A stretch of DNA of 64,000 bases from Coriobacteriia bacterium (GTDB lineage Bacteria > Actinomycetota > Coriobacteriia > Anaerosomatales > JAAXUF01), in NCBI GenBank assembly GCA_038249135.1, contig JBBRWO010000002.1:3203-67202 (forward strand), read 5' to 3'. Of this stretch, positions 7,681 to 15,256 are shown in pieces. The number at the start of each line of letters is the position of its first letter. Position 1 is the first letter of the stretch. The notes beneath the pieces were generated by a model. It was not told the DNA's origin and ran no database searches. It saw only the letters and a list, made by a program, of their open reading frames with translations. The translations under genes and the position numbers were made by a program.

Positions 7681-8997
7681 CTACAGCTCGGTCGGGTCGG
7701 CGGGGTACAGCGCGTCGTCGTCGGTCGTAAGGTCGTGCTCGGTCGAAGTGTCGTCGCTCTGGCGATCATCGGCCCGAGACAGTTCGAGTGACGATGCCGT
7801 GACCACGACGTTGCCGCCGGCATCGATAGCGGCGGCAAGCGCCTGATCCGCCGCGTCGAGAAGCTCGTCGACGGTGGTGGCGTCGGTGGGGAGTGACGCC
7901 AACCCTACAGAGACGCTGACGCACGCCTCGTCTACGTTCGTGGCGCCGATCGCCCGGCGCAAATTGTCGGCAAGATGGGCGGCGTCGGCGGCGCTGGGAG
8001 CGCTTTGAGTCGCTGCGTCCTCGGCCAGAAGCACCGCGAACTCTTCTCCGCCGATTCTCGCAGCAAGGTTGGATGTGATGTTGGCATCGTCGGTGGTGTC
8101 GAGACATCCGGTGATCGTCGTGGCGATGGCCTGCAGTAGCTTGTCGCCATGCTCGATACCGAATCGCTTGTTGAACTCGCCAAAGCTATCGATGTCGAGC
8201 AGGATCAGGTGGATCGGACGACCGTCACGGTGTGCTCGGCGGATCTCAGAAGCGAGAGCCTGGAGGAAGAATCCGCGCGAGTAAAGGCCCGTGGCAGCGT
8301 CCAACACGGTCAATGACTGGCGGCCTGACTCCTCTACGCGCTGCTCATGCACCAGCTGCGTGGCGACCGCTGCTGTACCGGCGAGAACCGCGACCTGCCA
8401 CAGATAGCGCACAAAGACGAAGACGGGATCACGGTACAGATCCGAGGTGGCAAACGGCATCGTCACGTGTGGAAGCGCGCCCGCAAGCTCAATCAGTTCC
8501 ATGCCGCCGAGCAGCGTCACGCAGAGAATCGCCAGGCCCCAGGCATCTCGGCGACGTTGGAGGATGAATGTGGCTTCGAGGATGAACAGCGAATACATCG
8601 ACCAGAACCACGAGTTCACACTGCCCGAGAAGTACACGAGGACCGTCACAACCAGCGCATCGAGCGCGAGCTGGAGGTTGTTCCATACGGCGATATTGCC
8701 CAGCCGCTTGTAGTTGAGCTGATAGAACATGTTGTAGATGACAACGAAGCCGAGTGCGACGGCGGGTATCGCCATGCGCTGCACCAGCTCGTGGAGAGGC
8801 ATGACGGTCGAATACGCCAGGCCGGCCAACGTCGAGTACGCAACGAGGACGATCAGGAGCGCCCAGCGGATGCGGACGACGAGTCCTACTCGGCGGATAT
8901 TCGCCTGAAGGGCTTCGATGTCGTAGCGCGTAGGCTGCTCTCGCCACGACACCATGAGGGCGCGTTCGATTCGCTTCTTGAGCCGGCTTGGAGTCAA
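7681..8997 (-). CDS. Membrane-bound diguanylate cyclase (GGDEF domain)
   Basis: There are about 6 N-terminal TM helices, then GLYSRGFF...LILLDIDSFGEFNKRFGIEHGDKLL...RIGGEEFAVLL. The TTG start has a GGAGG SD 8 nt upstream. Confidence 0.85.
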   Translation of the reverse strand: MTPSRLKKRIERALMVSWREQPTRYDIEALQANIRRVGLVVRIRWALLIVLVAYSTLAGLAYSTVMPLHELVQRMAIPAVALGFVVIYNMFYQLNYKRLGNIAVWNNLQLALDALVVTVLVYFSGSVNSWFWSMYSLFILEATFILQRRRDAWGLAILCVTLLGGMELIELAGALPHVTMPFATSDLYRDPVFVFVRYLWQVAVLAGTAAVATQLVHEQRVEESGRQSLTVLDAATGLYSRGFFLQALASEIRRAHRDGRPIHLILLDIDSFGEFNKRFGIEHGDKLLQAIATTITGCLDTTDDANITSNLAARIGGEEFAVLLAEDAATQSAPSAADAAHLADNLRRAIGATNVDEACVSVSVGLASLPTDATTVDELLDAADQALAAAIDAGGNVVVTASSLELSRADDRQSDDTSTEHDLTTDDDALYPADPTEL

Positions 8998-9099
8998 GCG
9001 GGGGACCTCCGGACAAAGGCAATGTGGCTCGAATCACGTGCGACCGGTTCGCGCGTGTCAGGAGAGTGTACCTGCGCGCGCGAAACGGGGGCAACAACC

Positions 9100-9105
9100 T
9101 ATACT
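9100..9105 (+). promoter_or_regulatory. Candidate -10 (TATACT) placed for a leaderless ccsA-like transcript
   Basis: TATACT is followed by 6 nt (ggctgc) and then the ATG at 9112. No SD is visible. Confidence 0.3.
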
Positions 9106-9111
9106 GGCTGC

Positions 9112-10146
9112 ATGAATCCACAGCAGACCTACGAACTCATCACCGCGCTCACTACACGTCTACAAGCAATCGGCGCGCCGTTGCAGATTGTCGTGGCGGG
9201 GTTCGCAGTGGTGCTCGCCGGGTGCGCCCTGTTGCCGCTCAGCCTCGCGTGGCGCGGTCGCGCGCTGGCGGCGATGGCGGCGCTCCTGCTGACAGGAGAA
9301 GCGGTTCTGGCGTGGTACCACTTCAGGCTGTGGCAGCTCGCCATCGTGATCGACCCGGCCACGGGGATGATGACCGGACATGTCGCTCCCCCGCTGTGGA
9401 TCGAGTCCGAGAAGCTCTACATCTGGGCGCTGATCACCGCGCTCATGGGCGTGTTCCTGCGCCGTCATCGCGAGGAGTTGCTGCCGGGCGTCATGCTCGC
9501 CGTCGCGGCGCTCGCAGCCGGTGGGGTGCTGTTGGGCCAACCGTTCAGCGATCCGCTGCCGGGGTTCCTCGGCCAGTACTCGGGGTATCTGCAGGCGATG
9601 TCGACAGGCGGTCAGGCCGCCATGGGAGCCTTCCAGGGCATGGAGTCTGCTCGGCAGTTCTACTACAACGCGTGGTTCATGTGGGTGCATCCGCCGCTGT
9701 TGTTCTTCAGCTACGGGGCGTTCACCATCTCGTTTCTGGCGACGGTCCAGATGATGAATCGGCGGCACTCGGCGTACGAGACGACGGCGTATCGCTGGGC
9801 ACGACTTGGGTATCTGCCGCTGACATTTGGGATGCTGATCGGGTTCCCGTGGGCGCTCGCTGCATGGACGGGCGAGGCGTGGTGGTGGTCGGGCAAGGTC
9901 AACATGTCGATCATGATGTGGCTGCTGTACACGGCCGTACTTCACGCGCGGCTTTACCTGCGGCAACGCGGGATGTGGCAGACGGTCGCCGTTCTGGGCG
10001 TGCTGTCGTTTGTGATCCTGATCCTCACCTACATCACGACGTATGTGGTGCCTGGCGCACACAGCTACGCAATGGCGCCGGGCGGTGGCGCAGCGGTGGC
10101 CTCGGCAACGCGCGCAATCGTGGCTGCGATGGGAGGTGCGGCGTGA
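9112..10146 (+). CDS. Cytochrome c assembly protein family (CcsA/ResC-like) with divergent Trp-rich motif
   Basis: WFMWVHPPLLFFSYGAF, GFPWALAAWTGEAWWWSGKVNMSIMMWLLYTAVLHARLY. This aligns with the ResC-type motif W..EAWG.YW.WDPKE...Y..YLHAR, but the Asp and Glu are replaced (WWWSGKV). It is part of track ORF 8347..10146. Confidence 0.7.
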   Translation: MNPQQTYELITALTTRLQAIGAPLQIVVAGFAVVLAGCALLPLSLAWRGRALAAMAALLLTGEAVLAWYHFRLWQLAIVIDPATGMMTGHVAPPLWIESEKLYIWALITALMGVFLRRHREELLPGVMLAVAALAAGGVLLGQPFSDPLPGFLGQYSGYLQAMSTGGQAAMGAFQGMESARQFYYNAWFMWVHPPLLFFSYGAFTISFLATVQMMNRRHSAYETTAYRWARLGYLPLTFGMLIGFPWALAAWTGEAWWWSGKVNMSIMMWLLYTAVLHARLYLRQRGMWQTVAVLGVLSFVILILTYITTYVVPGAHSYAMAPGGGAAVASATRAIVAAMGGAA

Positions 10147-10853
10147 TGGCGGGCATCGAAGACATCCGACAGCGCGTCTGGGACTTCACCCTCACCATCA
10201 TCACCGTCGTGGTTCTGGCGTCGCTGGGCATCCAGTCGTTCGTCGGTACCGTATGGGTGTGGACGGCCGAGCGCAGCGTCGCCGGCTGGAGCCAGACCGC
10301 CGCCTACACCGACTACATCAGCATGATGAACGCGATCGCGGCGCCTCAGGTGCTGGCGCTCGTCGTGGTCATGGGCCTGTGCGTGCCCAAGCGGCTGTTC
10401 TCTCGGCAGGTGCTGATGGTGTCGTCGCTGGCGATGGTGGTCGTGGGAGTCGCCGGCGGAATCGTGTCGGGCAGCCTGGGCCGCGGACTCGCGATCTACT
10501 TGGCGCTGGCTGCGATCATCCAGGTCGCGGTCGTGGTGATGACGGTCGCGGGCGTGCGCGGGCCGTCGTACCTGACCGAGGGCCGGCTGACCAAGACCGG
10601 AAGCGGCCTCTTGCACCTGGGCTTCATCATCTTTGCGATCGTGGTGGTGGCGCTGCAGCGCTCGGCGCTGATGCTGCCGGTGTTCTGGGTGAGCGCCGTG
10701 CTGGTCACCGTAGGCACCGCGATGTCGTTCTACGCCAACCGAGTCGCCTGGCACCGGACGCACCCGCAGGCCGAGGTGTCGTTCGCGGAGGAGTCGGAAG
10801 ACGCCGAGGGACCCGACGCGCCTGAAACTCCGACGGAGTCTGGCGCGCTCTAG
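10146..10853 (+). CDS. Polytopic membrane protein, unknown family, translationally coupled to the ccsA-like gene
   Basis: Its start overlaps the upstream stop as ATGA. A GGGAGG SD is present. It has about 6 TM helices and an acidic C-terminal tail. It is part of track ORF 8988..10853. Confidence 0.6.
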   Translation: MAGIEDIRQRVWDFTLTIITVVVLASLGIQSFVGTVWVWTAERSVAGWSQTAAYTDYISMMNAIAAPQVLALVVVMGLCVPKRLFSRQVLMVSSLAMVVVGVAGGIVSGSLGRGLAIYLALAAIIQVAVVVMTVAGVRGPSYLTEGRLTKTGSGLLHLGFIIFAIVVVALQRSALMLPVFWVSAVLVTVGTAMSFYANRVAWHRTHPQAEVSFAEESEDAEGPDAPETPTESGAL

Positions 10854-12706
10854 GCCTCGCGGATCATGTGCGTGACCAAAGCCGTCACGCGCTCGACGAC
10901 CTCAGGCTCGATGTTCTCGGTGGTGTCGGTCTTCCAGTGCCAGTTGACGGGCACGCCGGTGGACTCGAACGCCATAAGGGTCAGCGCCTTGTAGCCCCGC
11001 GCGAGCGCGGCGGTCGCATCGGTCGAGAGCCCCTTGTATGCGCGCGGCTTCACGAGAATCTCCTGCTCGCGCGACACACGCTTGGCGAGTGAGATCATGC
11101 GACGGTCCGCACGGTAGCGACGCGCCATTCCCTCGGAAGTGACCCAGGAAAGCTGACCGGCGCCGACGTTGTCGAGGTTGATGATCATGGCATCACGCAG
11201 CTCTTCGCCGTAGGCCTCGAGGAACGCCTGCATGCCGACGGTACCGACTTCCTCGGCGCCTGTGGCCACAAACCAGACTTCCTTCTCGGCGAAGTCGCGA
11301 TCGATGGTCTCCGTCACGCGACGTCGGATGCGCGCTGCCTCGTTGGCGGCGAAGTCCTCGTCATCGATGGGGTCGTCGCCCGCCCAGCCGCCCTTCCAGC
11401 CCAGGCCGCCGGCGGAATCGTCGTCATCGTCATCGCCGCCGCTTCCGAACTGGTCCCACGAGCCAATATCCTTGCCGGCCTTGCGCGCGTCGAAGCCGTC
11501 GTCGACTCCGAGCCAGCCCTTCACGTCGGCATCTTCTTCGCGCTTCTTCTTGCCCAGTCCCAGTCCGCCGAGAAGCCCGCGGCGCGGCTTCTCCACTTCA
11601 CGAGGCGCGGGACTACCGAGCCCGGCGAGCGGCTCGTCGGCAGGTGCGTCCGTGACGGCCTCCCAGTTCTCACCATCGTCGAAGGTGGCGTGGGCGCGCG
11701 TGTCTTCTCGGCCGGAGACGGCAGCGAACTCGATGGTCTCGAAGTCGAGCAGACCCTGACCGCGCTGCGGGCCACGCGCCGGCTCGCCGTCAGGCTCGAC
11801 CCAGTTGAAGTCGTCGGGGAGTTCGGTCACGGGTGAGCGGCCACCGGCGGGTGTGTAGGAGAGCAGGGCGCCGTCGGGAACGACGTCGGCCTCGAGCGCT
11901 TCCTCGGCGGTGTGGCGGACGGGCGTGAACTGCGAGGTGGAGAAGCGCGACACATCGGGCTCCGGGACGAGGCTGTGCAGCACGCCGAGCATCGCCGCGA
12001 CTCCGGACGCGTTGTCGTTGGCCCCCGCGACGAAGGGCATCGCCAGCTCGCGGTGGACGTTGATGAGCAGCGGAACCAGCAGGTAGGCGGCGACCACCAG
12101 GGTCGCGTACCAGGTGTAGGTGTCGATGGTGGCGGCGAGGGTCGCCGATACGAACGGCAGCGGCAGCGCCTTGATGAGCAGCAGCACCGGAACGGCGAAC
12201 GTGCAGAACTTCATCAGCGCAAAGGTCATCGGGAACTGACCGACCATGCCGGGCGAGAACGCGAGCGAGGAGCGCGCGGAGTCGTAGTGCGCCACGATGA
12301 CGACCTTCTTCAACTTCTCACCGCGACGAGCACGAGGTACGTGGCGCGCGATCACGTTCTGACTCGGCCCCTTGGGCATCAGCCGCGTGAGCCCCCAGCG
12401 TGTGTCGAGGTCCGACCAGAAGATGGACGCCGTGATAGCCGAGAGCGCGAAGGCAGGCCAAAGCAGCTGCCCGCCGAGAAGCCACGTGCCGGCAACGACC
12501 GCGGAGACAATCGTGAGTAGGTGGTAGAGCACGTACGCCCACGCGTAGGTGCGCGGGGCTTCGAACGACTGGATCTCCGGTACGAGCCCCCGGGCGATAA
12601 ACGCCGACTCGACGTAAGCGGCTGCGCGATGCTCCGCGTCTGTGGTCGCGGGTCGCGGGCCGATCTCGTCGGCGAGCGCTGTGATGTGCTGCATGATCTC
12701 GGCCAT
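10850..12706 (-). CDS. Membrane-embedded M28 family metallopeptidase
   Basis: VVIVAHYDSARSS, AGANDNASGVAAMLGVLHSL, VWFVATGAEEVGTVGMQAFL. TM helices are inserted in the N-terminal half, and there is a disordered D/G-rich insert. The ATG at 12706 has a GGAGG SD. Confidence 0.75.
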   Translation of the reverse strand: MAEIMQHITALADEIGPRPATTDAEHRAAAYVESAFIARGLVPEIQSFEAPRTYAWAYVLYHLLTIVSAVVAGTWLLGGQLLWPAFALSAITASIFWSDLDTRWGLTRLMPKGPSQNVIARHVPRARRGEKLKKVVIVAHYDSARSSLAFSPGMVGQFPMTFALMKFCTFAVPVLLLIKALPLPFVSATLAATIDTYTWYATLVVAAYLLVPLLINVHRELAMPFVAGANDNASGVAAMLGVLHSLVPEPDVSRFSTSQFTPVRHTAEEALEADVVPDGALLSYTPAGGRSPVTELPDDFNWVEPDGEPARGPQRGQGLLDFETIEFAAVSGREDTRAHATFDDGENWEAVTDAPADEPLAGLGSPAPREVEKPRRGLLGGLGLGKKKREEDADVKGWLGVDDGFDARKAGKDIGSWDQFGSGGDDDDDDSAGGLGWKGGWAGDDPIDDEDFAANEAARIRRRVTETIDRDFAEKEVWFVATGAEEVGTVGMQAFLEAYGEELRDAMIINLDNVGAGQLSWVTSEGMARRYRADRRMISLAKRVSREQEILVKPRAYKGLSTDATAALARGYKALTLMAFESTGVPVNWHWKTDTTENIEPEVVERVTALVTHMIREA

Positions 12707-12969
12707 CTGAAAACCTCCGGCACAGGGACGTGCTGGGACGAGCGACCGGGCGGTCACCCATCCATATGGTAGCGCAGCGCAGTGACTTAGTTCGCAAGTA
12801 TCGGCGAGGTTCTCGGCGGGAGGGCGTGGTGTCTCAATGTGTTCACAAGATGCTAACCGTCATTTCACCTCAGGAGCCGTCGACCTGCCTACGCTGCATG
12901 CATGAAGCTGACGCGAAGTGCTACCCGCAGATTCGACACATGCTCCTCGGTATCCAGCCTGGTCCCGAG

Positions 12970-13437
12970 ATGACGGAACGCCGAGGTTTCCGACAACTGC
13001 TTAGGCATCGGCCGAACATGCCTCGCCTACAGGCCAGCATCATCTCCTGGCTCGTTGAGGTGCTGGTTCTGCTGGTGCTCGTCGTGCTGGTCTGGGCGGT
13101 GATTGGCGTGGGTCTCGATGTGTGGACCGCGATCACCACCCGATCGGTCGATGGGTTCAAGATGCTGTCGATCGAGCTGCTGACCGTATTCATCTTCATC
13201 GAGATCTTCCACTCGCTGACCGAGTACCTCCGCTCCAAGCGAATCAGGATCACCACACTGGTCGACGCCTCGCTGGCCTTCGTGCTGCGCGAACTCTGGG
13301 TAGGCATGTACGGCGGCGAGATGGACTGGCAGAAGCTGCTCGCGCTCGCGGTGATGGTGCTTGCTCTCGGCGCCGTACGAACTCTCGCTGTGGTGTACTC
13401 GCCCGGCGAACGCGCGTCCGACCTTGCAGAGGGCTAG
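12970..13437 (+). CDS. PsiE-like small membrane protein (start uncertain: 12940, 12970 or 13018)
   Basis: LSIELLTVFIFIEIFHSLTEYLRSKRIRITTLVDASLAFVLRELWV, with 4 TM helices. None of the candidate starts has a clear SD. Confidence 0.55.
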   Translation: MTERRGFRQLLRHRPNMPRLQASIISWLVEVLVLLVLVVLVWAVIGVGLDVWTAITTRSVDGFKMLSIELLTVFIFIEIFHSLTEYLRSKRIRITTLVDASLAFVLRELWVGMYGGEMDWQKLLALAVMVLALGAVRTLAVVYSPGERASDLAEG

Positions 13438-13441
13438 CGAG

Positions 13442-13651
13442 ATGGGCGTGCTCTTCGACATCGCACAGCAGGTGAATCGCGAGCTCGCCAAGAAGCACGA
13501 TGGTGACGCCATCGGTCTGGTGCTCGCAAAGGGCGAGCTCGCCACGCGCACCGGATTCCTGGTCACTCTCATCTCCCCTACGGATCCCGACGATCCGCAC
13601 AAAGTTCACGCACTCCGAGAAGCCGCGCGCGATCTTGGCATAGCCGTCTAG
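13442..13651 (+). CDS. Hypothetical 69-aa protein
   Basis: Begins MGVLFDIAQQVNRELAKKHDG.... A GAGGG SD lies 8 nt upstream. It is packed between the PsiE-like and HAMP genes, with gaps of 4 and 11 nt. Confidence 0.5.
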   Translation: MGVLFDIAQQVNRELAKKHDGDAIGLVLAKGELATRTGFLVTLISPTDPDDPHKVHALREAARDLGIAV

Positions 13652-13662
13652 AAAGGTTCCCC

Positions 13663-14712
13663 GTGAATTCGACCGTGAAGAGCCGCATAGCGATTGCGAT
13701 GACCGTGCTCGTGGTCGCAAACGCTGCTGGCGCCGCATTCTCGTGGTGGGCGTATGGCGAGGCCGCGCGTCACAGCGCAGAGGCCCGCACCGCATCCCGT
13801 CGCGCTGCACTCGCGAGTGCCGCTACGGAACGCGTCACCGCGTGGTCGGCCGACACCGGCACACTCGCCTTCGCCGCCCGTGAAGCGAACCGTTCCGAGG
13901 ACATCTCGGGCCCGTACGGCAACGTGCTCGGTTCGGAGCTGGCGGCTACGGGCTCGCTGAGAAGGCTCGGCACGGAGTTCGGCGAGGACGCGGAGACCCT
14001 CACTGGCCAGTGGGAGGAGTTGCAACTCCTGACCTACCTCTGGGTGAACTCCGAAGCGGTCGACGGAGGTACCGACATTCGCCTCAGCAGAATGTCCGAC
14101 GGTCGCATTCGCGCCAGCGCGGAATCGAACTTAGTCGCGCCGCAGGGCTTCGAGGACCAGACCGCCTCGCAGTTCCGGGCGACGATCCGCCAGCGGACCG
14201 AGTCTCTCAAGGACGGCACCCTGCGTCTCATCGTCATATCCTCGGAGAAGTCTGCCGTAGAAGCGGAAGCCGCTGCCGCTCAGTCGCTTGCGCTAGCGCG
14301 CAACGGCACCATCGCCACGCTCCTCCTCGTGCTGCTGTTGGCGGTCGCCGCATCGATCTGGCTGTACCGAAGCATCGCCAAACCCCTGACCACCGCTCGC
14401 ATCTTCGCCGACCGCGTCGCCGAAGGCGACTGGTCCGCCACATTCGTCAACCACCGCTCCGATGAAATCGGCGCGCTGACCCACGCCGTCGAGAACATGA
14501 AGGACGCCTTTGTTCGTAAGGCCACCATCATGAGCGAGATGGCAGGCGCGGTACTCGTGACCTCCGGGCAGGTCGATGCCGCCGCCAAGCGCGCTCAGCA
14601 GACGGTCGCGGCAGGCGATGTCTCCCCCGCGGATTTCGCCGAGGACCTGGCGGCGGTCAGCGCGCGCACCGAGACTCTCACCGGGCTCGCAGCTCAGATG
14701 CTGCAGGACTAG
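13663..14712 (+). CDS. Membrane sensor with periplasmic domain and HAMP domain but no recognisable output domain
   Basis: TM1, an extracytoplasmic region of about 190 aa, TM2, then the HAMP-like stretch SIAKPLTTARIFADRVAEGDWSATFVNHRSDEIGALTHAVENMKDAF. Only about 65 aa follow this. Confidence 0.7.
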   Translation: MNSTVKSRIAIAMTVLVVANAAGAAFSWWAYGEAARHSAEARTASRRAALASAATERVTAWSADTGTLAFAAREANRSEDISGPYGNVLGSELAATGSLRRLGTEFGEDAETLTGQWEELQLLTYLWVNSEAVDGGTDIRLSRMSDGRIRASAESNLVAPQGFEDQTASQFRATIRQRTESLKDGTLRLIVISSEKSAVEAEAAAAQSLALARNGTIATLLLVLLLAVAASIWLYRSIAKPLTTARIFADRVAEGDWSATFVNHRSDEIGALTHAVENMKDAFVRKATIMSEMAGAVLVTSGQVDAAAKRAQQTVAAGDVSPADFAEDLAAVSARTETLTGLAAQMLQD

Positions 14713-14750
14713 CGAGGCCCGGCCATCATCCTCCCGTGGCCGGGCCTCGC
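14712..14750. terminator. Bidirectional hairpin between convergent genes
   Basis: A perfect 14-bp stem, gcgaggcccggcca/tggccgggcctcgc, with an 11-nt loop. It is followed on the plus strand by tccgtgtctttgc. Confidence 0.65.
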
Positions 14751-14785
14751 TCCGTGTCTTTGCTCGCATTCAGCGTGCGACGTTC

Positions 14786-15241
14786 TTACTGGACGCCCGG
14801 CTCTTCGTGAGCCGGATTCGTGTTGTGACACTTCATGCAGTCCTTCACGTGACGCACCGAGTGCTTGGCTTGCAGCACTGGATCATCGCTGTGACACGTG
14901 CACCCCGGGATCGGGATGGTGAACCGATAGTTCACCGGTTCGGCCGTGCCAGCGACGACCATGTCGTTGTACGCCGTCTTCATCTCCGGCGTACGGACCC
15001 ACATGCCGCCAAACTGGTACAGCAGCGCCGCAAGCACGATCAGGCCGACGATCGTCACGCCGACGCCGATGAAGATGCGCTTCACCACTCGCTTCCACCG
15101 GGGACCCGCCGGGGCACACGCGGCCTCCTCGGCCACGCTGCCCCGGGCGGTCTCCTCGGCGGGTAGTTCGTCCGCTTCGGCGCTGGTCTCCTCGGCGGTC
15201 TCCTCGGCGGGTGATACTTCTTGGGACTCGAAGTCGCTCAT
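14786..15241 (-). CDS. Membrane-anchored Cys/His protein with one CXXCH heme-c motif
   Basis: Acidic N-terminus, a single TM (IFIGVGVTIVGLIVLAALLY), then GCTCH and CMKCH. It starts 15 nt after the hcp stop. Confidence 0.6.
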   Translation of the reverse strand: MSDFESQEVSPAEETAEETSAEADELPAEETARGSVAEEAACAPAGPRWKRVVKRIFIGVGVTIVGLIVLAALLYQFGGMWVRTPEMKTAYNDMVVAGTAEPVNYRFTIPIPGCTCHSDDPVLQAKHSVRHVKDCMKCHNTNPAHEEPGVQ

Positions 15242-15256
15242 TTTGCAGGTCGCTTT

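Noticed and set aside
8347-9111. Upstream parts of track ORFs 8347..10146 and 8988..10853
   Set aside because: The first ~255 and ~386 codons are antisense to the GGDEF gene or out of frame over the ccsA-like gene, and they are Arg/His-rich. Internal starts at 9112 and 10146 give hydrophobic membrane-protein N-termini.
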